Origin: Longimicrobiales bacterium
GTDB lineage: Bacteria > Gemmatimonadota > Gemmatimonadetes > Longimicrobiales > Gaopeijiaceae
NCBI GenBank assembly: GCA_041690395.1
Contig: JAWLHJ010000004.1
Coordinates: 273,365-337,364, forward strand
Length of the DNA: 64,000 nt
Direction: 5' to 3'
A program made the translations under genes and the position numbers. This document shows positions 13,411 to 26,947 of the stretch, one piece after another. Numbering within the stretch: the stretch's first letter is position 1; every line of letters starts with the position of its first letter. The notes below the pieces were generated by a model. The model did not search any database, had not been told where the DNA came from, and was given only the letters and a program-made list of their open reading frames with translations.

Positions 13411-14211
13411 ATGTCCACGCCGACCACCCCGCCGATCGCGCTCACCATCGCCGGAAGCGACTCCGGCGGGGGTGCCGGGATCCAGGCCGACCTCAAGACC
13501 TTCCACCGCTTCGGCGTCTTCGGAACCAGCGTGGTCACGGCGATCACCGCGCAGAACACCCTCGGCGTGTCGGCCGTGCACGCCGTCCCGCTCGACATCG
13601 TTCGTGCCCAGCTCGACCAGGTCGCGTCGGACCTGCCGCCCGTGGCCTGCAAGAGCGGCATGCTGGCGACCGCGGAGCTCGTCCGCGAGGTGGCCCGGGG
13701 GCTCGACCGGCACGGAATCCGTCGTTACGTGCTCGATCCCGTCATGGTCGCAACCAGCGGCGATCGTCTGCTCGACGAGGAGGCGGAGACGGAGCTGCGG
13801 GACAGCCTGGTCCCCCGTTCCGCCCTGGTGACGCCGAATCTCCACGAAGCGGGGATCCTGACCGGCCGGACGGTGCGCGACGAGGACGACATGCGCGAAG
13901 CGGCCCATGTGCTGGTGGACCTCGGCGCGGGGGCGGCGCTGGTGAAAGGCGGCCACCTCGAGGGATCGGCGGTCGACCTGCTTTGGGACGGATCGGAAGA
14001 GCGCGTCTGGCGGAGAGAGCGCATCCGCACCCGCCACACGCACGGAACGGGTTGCACCCTGTCGGCCGCCGTCGCCGCGGAGCTGGCCAGGGGCACCGCC
14101 CTGCCCGACGCCGTCGATCGTGCCCTCCGCTTCGTCGCGCGTGCGATCGAGACGGCTCCCGGGCTCGGCGCCGGCCATGGCCCGGTGAATCACTTCGCCT
14201 CCATCGACTGA
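13411..14211 (+). CDS. thiD: Hydroxymethylpyrimidine/phosphomethylpyrimidine kinase
   Basis: [39 protein letters not shown]. Confidence 0.97.
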   Translation: MSTPTTPPIALTIAGSDSGGGAGIQADLKTFHRFGVFGTSVVTAITAQNTLGVSAVHAVPLDIVRAQLDQVASDLPPVACKSGMLATAELVREVARGLDRHGIRRYVLDPVMVATSGDRLLDEEAETELRDSLVPRSALVTPNLHEAGILTGRTVRDEDDMREAAHVLVDLGAGAALVKGGHLEGSAVDLLWDGSEERVWRRERIRTRHTHGTGCTLSAAVAAELARGTALPDAVDRALRFVARAIETAPGLGAGHGPVNHFASID

Positions 14212-15053
14212 GCTCCGGCGAGACGCTCGAGAGACGCTTCGAGGACCCGGGCGAGCCGGGCGCCCGCACGGGTGCCTACCTCCAGCACTTCCTCGTGGCT
14301 GAGCGGCGCGACCGACAGTCCCGCGGCACGGTTCGTGACCATCGATACCGCCACGCACCGCATGTCGCGGGCCCGCGCCGCGATCACCTCCGGCACCGTG
14401 GACATGCCGACCACGTCGACGCCCAGAGTCCGGAGCATGCGCACCTCGGCGGGCGTCTCGTACGACGGTCCGAGTACGGCGCCGTACACCCCGGACCGGA
14501 GTGTCTCGCCCAGCCGCGCGCCCGAAGCAGCAACGATCGCCCGCAACTCCGCGTCGTACGCTTCCGTCATGTCCGGGAAGCGCGTCTCGCCTTCCTGAAC
14601 GGGTCCCACGAGGGGGTTCAGTCCCGTCAGGTTGACGTGGTCCTCGATCAGCACGAGGGCCCCGGGCTCCAGGTCGTCCCGGATGCCGCCCGCCGCGTTC
14701 GTCGCCACCAGCACGGAAGCTCCGAGCTCGGCCGCGACCCGGACGCCGAGCGCCAGGACGGCAGGCGGATGTCCCTCGTAGGCGTGGAAGCGGCCCGACT
14801 GGAGGAGCACGGGGAGTCCTCCGAGGCGCCCGAGCACGAAGCGCCCGGCGTGGCCCACGACGGACGTCCCCGGCATACCGGGTATCTCCCGGAACGGGAC
14901 GACCATGGGATCCGTCACGCGGGTCTCCACCACGCCGAGCCCGGAGCCCAGCACGATCGCCGCCGCCGGCCGGACGTCGCTCCGCGCCCGGAGCGCCCGC
15001 GCGATCGACTCCGGCGTTCCGAGCGCGCCCGTCTCCACCGCGCGGTCGGTCAC
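14190..15053 (-). CDS. Purine-nucleoside phosphorylase (trimeric type)
   Basis: IVLGSGLG, GRFHAYEG, TNAAGG, GPSYETPAE, VGMSTVPE; GTG start overlaps rhomboid stop. Confidence 0.93.
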   Translation of the reverse strand: MTDRAVETGALGTPESIARALRARSDVRPAAAIVLGSGLGVVETRVTDPMVVPFREIPGMPGTSVVGHAGRFVLGRLGGLPVLLQSGRFHAYEGHPPAVLALGVRVAAELGASVLVATNAAGGIRDDLEPGALVLIEDHVNLTGLNPLVGPVQEGETRFPDMTEAYDAELRAIVAASGARLGETLRSGVYGAVLGPSYETPAEVRMLRTLGVDVVGMSTVPEVIAARARDMRCVAVSMVTNRAAGLSVAPLSHEEVLEVGTRAGARLARVLEASLERLAGAQSMEAK

Positions 15054-15772
15054 CAGCGTTCTCCGCTGGCCCCGGCACGACGCCGGACCGGGCGTCCGGC
15101 CCGAAATGGCCACACCAACATGAGCCCCGCCGCGAAGCCGCCCACATGGGCCATGTACGCCACACCGCCCGCCCCGGAGGGAGACACCGTCGACGCGATG
15201 AGCTGAAGCAGCATCCAGTACCCGAGCATGATCCACGCGGGGAGAGGCACGACCCGAACGAAGACGAAGAAGAAGAACAGTGTGTCGACCCGGGCCCTGG
15301 GGAAGAGCACGAGGTACGCGCCCATGACCGCGCTCACCGCGCCCGATGCCCCCACCATCGGGACCACGGAGCCCGGCGAAGCGGCGATCTGCGCCCCCGC
15401 CGCGACGACTCCCGTCAGGAGATAGAAGGCCAGGAAGCGGCCATGACCCACCTCGTCTTCGACGTTGTTACCGAAGATCCACAAGAACCACATGTTTCCG
15501 ATCAGGTGCATCCAGCTACCGTGCAGGAACATCGACGTGAGGCCGGCCTCCCATGTCTCGCCTCCCAGTGGACACGGTCCCTCCCCGGCGGTCCCCGTCC
15601 GGCCGGTGATCTCCGCGGGGATGACCCCGAACCGGCAGATCGACCCGGTCAGCGCCTCCTGGGAGAAGCCCCCTCCCTGCAGACGCCACCATACGACCGC
15701 GGTCACTCCGATGAGGAGCACGGTGGAGATCGGAAGGGACCGGGTGGGGTTGTGGTCACGAAGCGGAAACAA
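15050..15772 (-). CDS. Rhomboid-family intramembrane serine protease
   Basis: MFLHGSWMHLIGNM, VGASGA, VAYMAHVGGF. Confidence 0.95.
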   Translation of the reverse strand: MFPLRDHNPTRSLPISTVLLIGVTAVVWWRLQGGGFSQEALTGSICRFGVIPAEITGRTGTAGEGPCPLGGETWEAGLTSMFLHGSWMHLIGNMWFLWIFGNNVEDEVGHGRFLAFYLLTGVVAAGAQIAASPGSVVPMVGASGAVSAVMGAYLVLFPRARVDTLFFFFVFVRVVPLPAWIMLGYWMLLQLIASTVSPSGAGGVAYMAHVGGFAAGLMLVWPFRAGRPVRRRAGASGERW

Positions 15773-15826
15773 GCGGGCACTCTCGGATGGACCGTTCTCA
15801 CGTTCGTCGTGGAAGTTAGCAGGTCG

Positions 15827-15841
15827 CTGCCATAATGGCGG
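15827..15841. promoter_or_regulatory. Palindromic site CTGCC-N5-GGCGG in the rhomboid/dnaK divergent region
   Basis: CTGCCATAATGGCGG; near-identical site upstream of hslV. Confidence 0.45.
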
Positions 15842-15891
15842 CGGGTACGGCGAAACCCCGCCAATCCGGCGCGAAGTGGGCCGCCTCGTAC

Positions 15892-15907
15892 CGGCACGTC
15901 GCTTGCA
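15892..15907 (+). promoter_or_regulatory. Putative sigma54 (-24/-12) promoter of dnaK
   Basis: CGGCACGTCGCTTGCA: GG-N10-GC with GGCAC and TTGCA consensus. Confidence 0.7.
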
Positions 15908-16045
15908 CCCCTACCTCCTGGATCGGCGGGCTCCGCCCCGTCCAGCGGCCGGTCACGACCGGCCCTCCGTCAAACGAACGAGAACGATCGTCGCTCGAGG
16001 GTGCCCGTGGGGACCCGTTCGGGCCCCAACAACGTGAGGAAGTAC

Positions 16046-17983
<1,938 letters not shown>

Positions 17984-18000
17984 GAGGGACGGAACGATAC

Positions 18001-18035
18001 GTGGGAGGCGTCGGGCAACCCTCGGCGCCTCCCGC
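18001..18035 (+). terminator. GC-rich hairpin downstream of dnaK (no U-tract)
   Basis: GGGAGGCG...CGCCTCCC stem. Confidence 0.4.
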
Positions 18036-18139
18036 GCATCGAAGTCCGGTGAAGGCCGGGACCGCTCGTAGGCGCCCCGTGTATGGAGCGCGTATGAGCG
18101 CACCGCCCGACACCGCATCGAACCGAGGGAGATAGATAG

Positions 18140-19693
18140 ATGTACGATCCGCTCAGAGCCAAGACGAAGGTGGTCCTGCTGACCGGGACCGCGTTTCTGT
18201 TCGGCGTGGGACTCGCGGGAGGTCTGGGTTGGACGGGAGCCTCTCACGCCATGCCCGCCGTCACCGAAGCGCCGCAGGTGTCCGCCGAGGCCGTGCGCCC
18301 CGCACAGGACCTGAGCGACGCATTCACGAACCTCGCGGACGCGGTGACGCCCGCGGTGGTCCGGATCGAGAGCCGACGCACCGTGACGCGTACGTCGCAA
18401 CAGCAGGTTCCGGACGCGTTCCGCCGCTTCTTCGACATTCCCGAGGGGCAGGAGCCCCAGCCGCCGCAGGGCGCGATATCGGGCGGTAGCGGCTTCGTCG
18501 TGTCCGAGGACGGCTACATCCTGACGAACAACCACGTGGTCGAGGGCGCCGACGAGGTTCGGGTCTACTTCCCGGATCGGCGCTACTACGACGCGGAAGT
18601 GGTCGGCACCGACCCGTTCACGGACGTCGCGGTGCTCAAGGTGTCCGCGGGTGAAGCCCTGCCCTACATGTCGTTCGGCAACTCCAACGGCCTCCGGGTC
18701 GGCGAGTGGGTGCTCGCGATCGGGAACCCGGGCTTCGGCGCATCGACGCAGCTCGACTTCACCGTGACCGCGGGCATCGTGAGCGCTCGGGGTCGGGGGC
18801 TCCAGCTCCTGCAGCGCGACCTCTTCCAGAACCCGGAGTTCGGGCCCGAGCAGTCGCGCTGGGCGATCGAGGACTTCATCCAGACGGACGCCGTCATCAA
18901 CCCCGGGAATTCCGGGGGGCCGATGGTGAACCTCCAGGGCCAGGTGGTCGGCATCAACTCGGCCATCGCCTCCACGACGGGCGTCTACCAGGGGTACGGC
19001 TTCGCGATTCCGATCAACCTGGCCCGCCGGGTCATGGAGGACCTGATCGAGTACGGTAACGTGCGGCGGCCGCGGATCGGTGTGTCGATTCAGGACGTGG
19101 TCGCGGAGGACGCCGCGGTCTACGACCTTCCGTCCGTCTCGGGCGTGCTGGTCCAAACCGTCGATCCGCAGGGGCCGTCCGTCGGACAGCTCCAGTCCGA
19201 AGACGTCATCGTCGCGCTCGACGGCGACCCGGTCGGGTACGTGGCCGAGCTCCAGGCGAAGATCGCGGAGCGTAGACCCGGCGACCGGGTGGACGTCACC
19301 GTCTACCGTGACGGCCGACCCGTCGAACTGACGATCCGCCTCGACGAGGCGCCCATCACGGCGCAGCCGACCACCACCGCGAGCCGCGAGACGTTGGCGG
19401 CCGAGCGGTTGGGGATCCGGGTCGAGTCCATCGACGCGGATCTGGCCGAGGCCACCGGCTTCGAAGTCGGATCGGGCGTCGTGCTCACGGAAGTGGCGCG
19501 AGGCAGCGCGGCCGCCCGTCGCGGCGTCGACGGATTCCGCGGGATGCGGCTGGTCGCGCTCAACGACCAGACGATCAGGACACCGGAGGATGTCCGCTCC
19601 ACGCTGGAGGGCGTCGACGCCGGTGAGATCGTGTCGCTGCAGTTCGAGGACGCCGTGGGCGACCGGAGGGTCGTGAACGTCCGTATGCCCTGA
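18140..19693 (+). CDS. DegP/HtrA-family serine protease with two PDZ domains
   Basis: N-terminal hydrophobic signal, GSGFVVS, LTNNHVV, DVAVLKV, IQTDAVINPGNSGGP. Confidence 0.95.
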   Translation: MYDPLRAKTKVVLLTGTAFLFGVGLAGGLGWTGASHAMPAVTEAPQVSAEAVRPAQDLSDAFTNLADAVTPAVVRIESRRTVTRTSQQQVPDAFRRFFDIPEGQEPQPPQGAISGGSGFVVSEDGYILTNNHVVEGADEVRVYFPDRRYYDAEVVGTDPFTDVAVLKVSAGEALPYMSFGNSNGLRVGEWVLAIGNPGFGASTQLDFTVTAGIVSARGRGLQLLQRDLFQNPEFGPEQSRWAIEDFIQTDAVINPGNSGGPMVNLQGQVVGINSAIASTTGVYQGYGFAIPINLARRVMEDLIEYGNVRRPRIGVSIQDVVAEDAAVYDLPSVSGVLVQTVDPQGPSVGQLQSEDVIVALDGDPVGYVAELQAKIAERRPGDRVDVTVYRDGRPVELTIRLDEAPITAQPTTTASRETLAAERLGIRVESIDADLAEATGFEVGSGVVLTEVARGSAAARRGVDGFRGMRLVALNDQTIRTPEDVRSTLEGVDAGEIVSLQFEDAVGDRRVVNVRMP

Positions 19694-19769
19694 CGGCGAA
19701 GGCCGGCATGGGCGGAGACCGCGCACCGGCACTCCGGGGCGCGCGGCACGTCCGCTTCACCAAGCCGAG

Positions 19770-19801
19770 CGGCGCGGAGCCCCCGGGCTCCGCGCCGTTT
19801 T
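19770..19801 (+). terminator. Intrinsic terminator after degP
   Basis: CGGCGCGGAGCC-cccg-GGCTCCGCGCCG followed by TTTT. Confidence 0.75.
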
Positions 19802-19839
19802 CGTTGCCCCGGTACACACCCGACGCGCTTGGGGCGAGA

Positions 19840-19869
19840 TTGAATGGGTCTTCACCCCGGTTTTATCTT
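19840..19869 (+). promoter_or_regulatory. Putative sigma70 promoter for tRNA-Leu/tig
   Basis: TTGAAT-N18-TATCTT just upstream of the tRNA. Confidence 0.45.
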
Positions 19870-19880
19870 TTCTGGGCGGC

Positions 19881-19963
19881 GCGAAAGTGGCGGAATTGGT
19901 AGACGCGCGGGACTTAGGATCCCGTGGCCTCGTGCCGTGGGGGTTCGAGTCCCCCCTTTCGCA
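19881..19963 (+). tRNA. tRNA-Leu (anticodon TAG), CCA not encoded
   Basis: GCGAAAG/CTTTCGC acceptor stem, D-loop GGAATTGGTAGAC, CGGGA-CTTAGGA-TCCCG anticodon arm, long variable arm, GGTTCGAGTCC T-loop. Confidence 0.96.
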
Positions 19964-20008
19964 CTCGACTCCCGAGCCATCAGAACCCGAACTCGCAAAC
20001 CCAAGCAG

Positions 20009-21289
20009 ATGACCCTCGACGTATCGCGCCTGGAAATCACCGTCGACGAGCAGGACCGTTGGCGTCGCCGGATCAACGTGACCGTTCCCGCGGACTTCGT
20101 CCGTGACGAGGAGCGACGCGCCGCCCGCAACCTTGCCTCCCGTGCCAATCTGAAGGGGTTCCGCAAGGGACGCGTGCCGGCGCGCATGATCGAGGGGCGC
20201 TTCAAGGGCGCGCTTCGTCAGGAGGCCCTGGACCGGCTCATCGGAGACGCCTACCGCCAGGCGCTCCAGGCCCGCGAGCTGCGCCCGATCAGCGAGGGCC
20301 AGATCGAGGACGTGAAGTACGAGCCCGAAGCGGACCTCAGCTTCTCGGTCGCCTTCGACGTGGAGCCCACCGTCGAGCTCGAAAAGCTCGACGGCTTCGT
20401 GATCGAGCGGCCCGCCCCCAAGGTGGAGGACAAGCACGTCGACGACGTTCTGGACCGCATCCGGGAGCAGGCTGGCGTCTGGAAGCCCGCCGAGGAAGGC
20501 ACGCCGACGGACAAGGACATGGTTTCGGTCCACATCGTCCGTCTCGCCGACGTCGAGGAGGGTGACGAGGAGGGCCGTGACTACGACTTCGTGCTCGGCC
20601 AGGGCGACGCCATACCGGACATCGAGGACGCGATCCGCACGCTGGAGCCCGGACAGACCGGTGATTTCGACGTCGCGTTCCCCGACGACTTCCCGGACGA
20701 GTCGCGTCGCGGCCATTCCGAGCGCATCCGGATCACGCTGACCGCCCGCAAGGAGATGGAGCTCCCGGAGCTCGACGACGATCTCGCGAAGCAGGTCGGT
20801 GACTTCGAGACGCTGGACCAGCTCAAGGCGGAGGTCCGCGCGGACCTCGAGAAGGACGCCGAGCAGCAGGCCGAGTCGGTCGTGCGCGGCCGCCTCCTCG
20901 ACGCGCTGCTCGAAGCGAATCCGTTCGAGGTCCCGAGATCGATGATCGATCGCTACGCGGACTCCCTCATCGGTGAGCAGAAGGACGGCATCGACCCGGA
21001 GCGGCTCCGTGAGGTCCGGGAGCGTATCCGCCCCGAGGCCGAGCGCGTCGTGCAGCGCATCCTGATCATCGAGCGGGTCGCGGAGCTCCAGGGCCTCGCC
21101 GCCACCGACGACGATCTGGACGCCCGCATCGAGGAGATCGCGGCCCAGAACGACACCGAGCCGGCGAAGGTGTACGCGCAGCTGCAGAAGTCCGGGCGCC
21201 TCGAGGCGCTCGAGCGGGAGTTGACCGAGCGCAAGGTCTTCGACTTCCTCAAGTCACAGTCCGAGATCATCGAGGCCCCCGGGGCCTGA
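20009..21289 (+). CDS. tig: Trigger factor
   Basis: GFRKGRVP ribosome-binding motif, FKBP-like core, tRNA-tig-clpP-clpX synteny. Confidence 0.96.
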   Translation: MTLDVSRLEITVDEQDRWRRRINVTVPADFVRDEERRAARNLASRANLKGFRKGRVPARMIEGRFKGALRQEALDRLIGDAYRQALQARELRPISEGQIEDVKYEPEADLSFSVAFDVEPTVELEKLDGFVIERPAPKVEDKHVDDVLDRIREQAGVWKPAEEGTPTDKDMVSVHIVRLADVEEGDEEGRDYDFVLGQGDAIPDIEDAIRTLEPGQTGDFDVAFPDDFPDESRRGHSERIRITLTARKEMELPELDDDLAKQVGDFETLDQLKAEVRADLEKDAEQQAESVVRGRLLDALLEANPFEVPRSMIDRYADSLIGEQKDGIDPERLREVRERIRPEAERVVQRILIIERVAELQGLAATDDDLDARIEEIAAQNDTEPAKVYAQLQKSGRLEALERELTERKVFDFLKSQSEIIEAPGA

Positions 21290-21320
21290 GCGCCCACGGG
21301 ATCCTCCCAAGCGAGATACC

Positions 21321-21965
21321 ATGTCGATATATCCTCCGTACGTCATCGAGCGCACCAGCCGCGGCGAGCGCAGCTACGACATCTTCAGCCGGCTCCTCAT
21401 GGACCGGATCGTCTTCGTCGGGAGCGCGATCGACGACAACGTGGCGAACATCATCGTGGCGCAGCTCCTCTTCCTGGACGCCGACGATCCGGAGCGGGAC
21501 ATCTTCATGTACATCAACTCCCCTGGTGGGAGCGTGTACGCCGGCATGGCGATCTACGACACGATGCAGCATCTGCGTGCCCCGGTCTCGACGTTCTGCG
21601 TGGGCATGGCGGCGTCGATGGGTGCCGTGCTGCTGACGGCCGGCGAGAAGGGCAAGCGCCATGCGCTCCCGAACTCCAGGATCATGATCCATCAGCCTTC
21701 GGGCGGATCGCGAGGCACGGCCGCCGACATCGAGATCGCTGCGAAGGAGGTCCTCTACATCCGGGAGAGCCTCAACAGGATCATCGCGAAGCACACCGGT
21801 CAGACGACGGAGCGCATCATGGAGGACGTGGACCGCGACCGCTTCATGAGCCCTGTCGAGGCGGTCGAGTACGGTCTGATCGACCGGGTGCTCGAAGGCC
21901 CGGTCCAGACCACCGAGGGCCGGCCGGCGGATTCCGACCATGCGGACCCGGATCAGGTAGATTAG
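21321..21965 (+). CDS. clpP: ATP-dependent Clp protease proteolytic subunit
   Basis: [29 protein letters not shown]. Confidence 0.98.
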   Translation: MSIYPPYVIERTSRGERSYDIFSRLLMDRIVFVGSAIDDNVANIIVAQLLFLDADDPERDIFMYINSPGGSVYAGMAIYDTMQHLRAPVSTFCVGMAASMGAVLLTAGEKGKRHALPNSRIMIHQPSGGSRGTAADIEIAAKEVLYIRESLNRIIAKHTGQTTERIMEDVDRDRFMSPVEAVEYGLIDRVLEGPVQTTEGRPADSDHADPDQVD

Positions 21966-22028
21966 AAACGGCTCGAGGGGCACGCTCGTGGTCGAGCCGC
22001 CCTGTCGCGCACGGAGCGAGAGACGAAT

Positions 22029-23261
22029 ATGACCAGTGACAAACACCTCCGGTGCAGCTTCTGCGGCAAGTCCAAGGAGAGCGTCAAGAAGTTCATCTCC
22101 GGACCCAACGTATACATCTGCAACGAGTGCATCTCGCTCTGTAACGAGATCCTTGCGGAGGAAGAGGAGCGCGAAGCCCAGGAACAGGTCGTTCCGAGTC
22201 CGACGCCCGAGGAGATCAAGGCCACGCTCGACCAGTACGTCATCGGTCAGGAGGCCGCGAAGCGCGCGCTGTCGGTATCGGTCTACAACCACTACAAGCG
22301 CGTCAATCATCACGGCGTGCTCGACGAGGTCGAGATCGACAAGGCGAACATCCTGCTCATCGGCTCGACCGGGGTCGGGAAGACGCTGCTCGCGCAGACG
22401 CTGGCGCGTACGCTGAACGTACCGTTCACTATCGCCGACGCCACGACGCTCACCGAGGCGGGATACGTCGGAGAGGACGTCGAGAACATTCTCGTCCGGC
22501 TGCTCCAGGCCGCCGACTTCAACGTCGCCGACTGCGAGCGCGGCATCGTCTATATCGACGAGATGGACAAGATCGCCCGCAAGTCCGAGAACCCGTCGAT
22601 CACGCGGGACGTCTCGGGCGAGGGCGTGCAGCAGGCGCTCCTCAAGATCCTCGAGGGCACGGTCGCGAGCGTTCCTCCACAGGGTGGGCGCAAGCATCCG
22701 CAGCAGGAATACATCCAGATCAACACCCGCAACATCCTGTTCATCTGCGGCGGCGCCTTCGACGGCCTCGAGAAGATCGTCGAGAGCCGGATCGGTCGTC
22801 GTAAGATCGGCTTCGGTGACGAGCGCGCCGGCGAGGAGCTCGAGACGCTCCTCGAGGCCGTGGAGCCGGAAGACCTGCAGCGCTTCGGGTTGATCCCCGA
22901 GCTCGTCGGTCGGCTGCCGGTCACGGTGCACCTCGACGACCTGGACGAGGAGGCGCTGGTGCGCATCCTCCAGGAGCCGAAGAACGCCCTGGTGAAGCAG
23001 TACCAGAAGATGTTCGAGCTCGAGGGGATCGGGCTGACCTTCGACCCCGCGGCCATCCAGGCGATCGCGCACAAGACGCTCGATCGCGGCACCGGTGCCC
23101 GGGGGCTACGCTCGATCATCGAGAGCGTCATGCGTGACGTGATGTTCGAGATTCCGTCCCGAACGGACGTGCGCGAGGTGGTCATCACGCCGGAGTCGAT
23201 CGACCACGGCGTGCCGCCGCTTCTCGTGCTCGACCCAGAGGAGCGCAAGAAGGAGGCGTGA
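22029..23261 (+). CDS. clpX: Clp protease ATPase subunit ClpX
   Basis: CSFC/CNEC Zn domain, [27 protein letters not shown] loop. Confidence 0.98.
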   Translation: MTSDKHLRCSFCGKSKESVKKFISGPNVYICNECISLCNEILAEEEEREAQEQVVPSPTPEEIKATLDQYVIGQEAAKRALSVSVYNHYKRVNHHGVLDEVEIDKANILLIGSTGVGKTLLAQTLARTLNVPFTIADATTLTEAGYVGEDVENILVRLLQAADFNVADCERGIVYIDEMDKIARKSENPSITRDVSGEGVQQALLKILEGTVASVPPQGGRKHPQQEYIQINTRNILFICGGAFDGLEKIVESRIGRRKIGFGDERAGEELETLLEAVEPEDLQRFGLIPELVGRLPVTVHLDDLDEEALVRILQEPKNALVKQYQKMFELEGIGLTFDPAAIQAIAHKTLDRGTGARGLRSIIESVMRDVMFEIPSRTDVREVVITPESIDHGVPPLLVLDPEERKKEA

Positions 23262-23274
23262 GCGGAGGCGACGG

Positions 23275-25686
23275 ATGGGCGAGCTGATCAGGGTCGACGG
23301 GCGGATCACGCTGCCCGAACGGCTCCCGGTCGTCGCGCTCCGTGACCTGGTCTTCTTCCCCTACGTTGCCCTTCCCATCCTGGTCGGACGCCAGCGTTCC
23401 CTCGCGGCGTTGGAGGAGGCCCGAGGCCAGCACGACGGGCTGGTCGTCCTAGTGGCCCAGAAGGACCCCGCCGTCGACGACCCCACGGCGAACGATCTCT
23501 TCAAGGTGGGTACGGTCGCGCGCGTGACCCAGATGTCCACCCTTCCGGACCGGACGTGCCGGGTCACGCTCGAAGGGCTCGGCAGGGTGCGCGTTCAGCG
23601 GCTCGCGGGATCGGCAGCCCCACTCCGGGCCTCCATCGAGCCGCTCGCTCCCGAGGCGGAGGACCGTCGGCACGCGGAGAACGAGAAGGTCGGGCTCCTC
23701 GCCGCGGAGGTCGTGCGCCTCTACCGCGAGTACGCCGAGATCCACGAGCGGATTCCCGACGATCTTCCCGACATGCTGGACGCGTCGGAGGACCGGGTGC
23801 GGCTCTCCCATCTGGTCGCGGGGCACGTCATCGTCCCGTCGCTGGAGAAGCAGGAGGTCCTGGAGGCGGAAGAGCTCGAGTCCGGGCTGGAGATGCTCCG
23901 GGAGCTCCTCACCCGTGAGCTGGAGATCCTCCGCATCGAGCGCAAGCTCAACCGCCAGATCCAGATGCGGCTCGGGGGCGACGAGCTCATGGACCTCACG
24001 ACGGAGTTCCGCACGGCACGCCGGGACGAGCGCGACGACCCGGACGAGTGGGCCGAGCTCGAGGAGCGCATCCGGGGCACGTCGCTCCCGGACGCGGTGC
24101 GCGAGCGGGCGGAGAAGGAGTTGGCGCGCCTGAGGAAGCTCAACCCCGTGGCGCCCGAAGCCGCGGTCATCCGCAACCATCTGGACTGGATCGTGGCGCT
24201 TCCGTGGTCGGAACGCTCGGTGGACAACCTCGACGTCCGCCATGCGTCCCGGATCCTGGAAGCCGACCACTTCGGGCTGGACGAGGTGAAGGACCGGATC
24301 CTCGACCACGTGGCCGTGCTTTCCATGGTCCGGGAGATGCGTGGCCCCATCCTCTGTCTGGCCGGACCTCCGGGGGTCGGTAAGACCTCCTTGGGCCGCA
24401 GCATCGCCAATGCGCTCGGGCGTGAGTTCGTGCGTGTCAGCCTCGGCGGGGTCCGGGACGAGGCCGAGATCCGGGGGCATCGGCGCACCTACGTGGGCGC
24501 CCTCCCCGGACGGATCATCCAGGGGATGCGCCGGAGTGGGACCAGGAACCCGGTATTCCTGCTCGACGAGGTGGACAAGCTCGCACGCGACTTCCACGGC
24601 GACCCCGGAGCCGCGCTCCTCGAGGTCCTCGACCCCGAGCAGAACCGCACGTTCACCGACCACTACCTCGAAGTCGAGTTCGACCTGTCGGACGTCCTTT
24701 TCGTGGCCACGGCGAATACGCTGCAGGACATTCCCGAGCCGCTCCGGGACCGGATGGAGATCATTCGCCTGCCCGGATACCTCGTGACCGAAAAGCGCCA
24801 GATCGCGACCCGCTACCTCTGGCCGCGACAGCTCGAGGGACACGGGCTCGACCCCGAGGTCGTGGCCGTGGCGCCCGAGGCCGTGGGTGAGGTCATCGAG
24901 CGCTACACCCGCGAGGCGGGCGTCCGCGAGCTCGAGCGCCGCTTCTCGCGCATCGCGCGCAAGCTGGCGCGGGCACACGCGGACGACGGACCGGCCCGCT
25001 CGGTCGTGCGCCGTGAGGACCTCAGGGACCTCTTGGGTCCCCCACCCTATCATCCGCCGGACCGGGACCAGGACGGAGACCGGGTCGGGATCGCGAACGG
25101 GCTTGCCTGGACGGCCACCGGTGGAGAGATCCTCGACGTGGAGGTGGCCGTCGTACCCGGAAAGGGGCAGCTGCGGCTCACCGGCACGCTCGGCGACGTG
25201 ATGAAGGAGTCGGCGCAGGCCGCCGTCACGTACGCGCGGTCGCGGTCGGCCATGCTCGGGCTCGACGCCGACTTCCACGAGCGTATCGACGTGCACATCC
25301 ACCTTCCCGAGGGCGCGACCCCCAAGGACGGACCCTCGGCCGGCATCACGATCGCGACCGCGCTCATTTCGGCGCTCACCGACCGGCCTACCCGCTCGGA
25401 GGTCGCCATGACGGGCGAGATCACGCTCAGAGGGCGTGTCCTGGCCGTGGGCGGTATCAAGGAGAAGGCGGTCGCGGCGCTCCGGAACGGCGTCCGGACG
25501 GTCGTCCTGCCCGCGGCGAACGCCACCGACCTGGAGTTGCTCCCCGCCGAGGTCACGGACGCGGTGCACTTCAAGCTCGTGCGCACCATGGACGAAGTGC
25601 TCGAGGCCGTGCTCGCCGGGCCCGTCGCCGGCCGCGCGACTCCTCGCACGTCGGGTGACGCCGGCCTCGCCCTTCCCCGCTCATGA
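23275..25686 (+). CDS. lon: Lon protease
   Basis: LON N-domain, [25 protein letters not shown] Ser and KEK Lys dyad. Confidence 0.97.
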   Translation: MGELIRVDGRITLPERLPVVALRDLVFFPYVALPILVGRQRSLAALEEARGQHDGLVVLVAQKDPAVDDPTANDLFKVGTVARVTQMSTLPDRTCRVTLEGLGRVRVQRLAGSAAPLRASIEPLAPEAEDRRHAENEKVGLLAAEVVRLYREYAEIHERIPDDLPDMLDASEDRVRLSHLVAGHVIVPSLEKQEVLEAEELESGLEMLRELLTRELEILRIERKLNRQIQMRLGGDELMDLTTEFRTARRDERDDPDEWAELEERIRGTSLPDAVRERAEKELARLRKLNPVAPEAAVIRNHLDWIVALPWSERSVDNLDVRHASRILEADHFGLDEVKDRILDHVAVLSMVREMRGPILCLAGPPGVGKTSLGRSIANALGREFVRVSLGGVRDEAEIRGHRRTYVGALPGRIIQGMRRSGTRNPVFLLDEVDKLARDFHGDPGAALLEVLDPEQNRTFTDHYLEVEFDLSDVLFVATANTLQDIPEPLRDRMEIIRLPGYLVTEKRQIATRYLWPRQLEGHGLDPEVVAVAPEAVGEVIERYTREAGVRELERRFSRIARKLARAHADDGPARSVVRREDLRDLLGPPPYHPPDRDQDGDRVGIANGLAWTATGGEILDVEVAVVPGKGQLRLTGTLGDVMKESAQAAVTYARSRSAMLGLDADFHERIDVHIHLPEGATPKDGPSAGITIATALISALTDRPTRSEVAMTGEITLRGRVLAVGGIKEKAVAALRNGVRTVVLPAANATDLELLPAEVTDAVHFKLVRTMDEVLEAVLAGPVAGRATPRTSGDAGLALPRS

Positions 25687-26309
25687 AGATCGGGACCGTG
25701 GAGTATGCCGGAACGGTCGTCGACGCCGCGGCGCCGCCACCGGGCACCTTACCGCAGGTGGCCTTCTCGGGGCGCTCCAACGTCGGCAAGTCGTCGCTCA
25801 TCAACACCCTTCTCCGGCGCACCCGCGCGAAGATCGCCCGCGTCTCGGCCACGCCGGGGAAGACGCAGGCGCTCAACTTCTACCGGGTGAACGACCGCTT
25901 CTTCCTCGTCGATCTTCCGGGGTACGGCTTCGCGCGCGTTCCGCAGGGAATGAGGGACGCCTGGGGCAGGCTCATCGAAGGATATCTGGCCGGTTCCCGT
26001 CACCTGCGCGGCGTCGTGCACCTCGTCGACGCCCGTCACGCGCCGACGAAGCACGACCGACAGATGGTCGCCTATCTGGCGGAAATCGGCGTCCCGGCGC
26101 TGATCGTCATGAACAAGATGGACAAGCTGTCACGGAGCGAGCGCAAGAAGGCGCTGGACCGGGCAGCGGAAACGCTCGACGTCGATGAGGCTCAGCTCCT
26201 CGCGTTCTCCTCGAAGACGGGGGAGGGACGAGACGAGCTTCTCGAGGCGATCGAGTCGCTGATCGACACCGACGCGGAGGTCGCGGCCGGGGGAGGTCAG
26301 GGGGCGTGA
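25683..26309 (+). CDS. engB: Ribosome biogenesis GTPase YihA/YsxC
   Basis: GRSNVGKSS, TPGKT, DLPGYG, NKMDK. Confidence 0.96.
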   Translation: MKIGTVEYAGTVVDAAAPPPGTLPQVAFSGRSNVGKSSLINTLLRRTRAKIARVSATPGKTQALNFYRVNDRFFLVDLPGYGFARVPQGMRDAWGRLIEGYLAGSRHLRGVVHLVDARHAPTKHDRQMVAYLAEIGVPALIVMNKMDKLSRSERKKALDRAAETLDVDEAQLLAFSSKTGEGRDELLEAIESLIDTDAEVAAGGGQGA

Positions 26310-26947
26310 GGAGAGGGCTGACGGCCCTGTGTCTCGCGCTGACCGCCGGCTGCGCCCTGTCCTCCGGCCCGCCCCCCGGGACCCAGGACGGCCCCTCCAC
26401 GCTCGCCGATGGGCCACTCCCGCCTCCCGGCTACGGCACCTTGTCGCAAAGAGACGTGTCGATCACGCTGCGGAGCGGCGACCTCCAGCTCATGGTCACG
26501 CCGCTCGCGCCGTCCGTGCTGGTGGCCACCGCGCCGGACACCTACCGACGCCTCGACGCCCTGGCGGCGCCCCATCGCGCACGGCCGGAAGCACCGTCCC
26601 TCTTTCTCGTCTCCTTCTTCTCGGATCGTCCGGACGTCCGCTTCGTGCCGGAGGAGGTCCAGCTGGTGTCCCGGGGCATGCGCGCACGTCCGGTCGAGAT
26701 CCAGCCGATCACGCCCGGATGGGGGACCGGGCGGGTGGCCCAGCGCGACACGGAGACGGCGATCTACATGTTCGATCAGGCCATCGACCTGGAGTCGGAC
26801 CTCGTCCTCCACTACGGGCTCGAGCAGGTCTCGACCTGGGCCGTGACGCTCACGCGGATCCAGGCGGAGCGGGCGCGGGCACGAGCACGCGCGACGGGGG
26901 GCTCCCGAGGTCAGTCTTCGAGCTCGTACTTCGAGATCTTGCGGTAG
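26306..26947 (+). CDS. Hypothetical lipoprotein
   Basis: MRRGLTALCLALTAG-C lipobox; GTGA overlap with engB. Confidence 0.7.
   Translation: MRRGLTALCLALTAGCALSSGPPPGTQDGPSTLADGPLPPPGYGTLSQRDVSITLRSGDLQLMVTPLAPSVLVATAPDTYRRLDALAAPHRARPEAPSLFLVSFFSDRPDVRFVPEEVQLVSRGMRARPVEIQPITPGWGTGRVAQRDTETAIYMFDQAIDLESDLVLHYGLEQVSTWAVTLTRIQAERARARARATGGSRGQSSSSYFEILR

Noticed and set aside
12456..15206. 916-aa plus-strand ORF, and similar long ORFs such as 35604-38225, 2617-4446 and 23449-25569
   Set aside because: They overlap well-supported genes in other frames and read as low-information shadow translations.
15816..15843. TTAGCA upstream of dnaK as CIRCE
   Set aside because: Lacks CTC and the GAGTGCTAA half-site.
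19881..19963. tRNA-Leu as an island insertion site
   Set aside because: Directly followed by tig; no duplicated 3' end or integrase seen.
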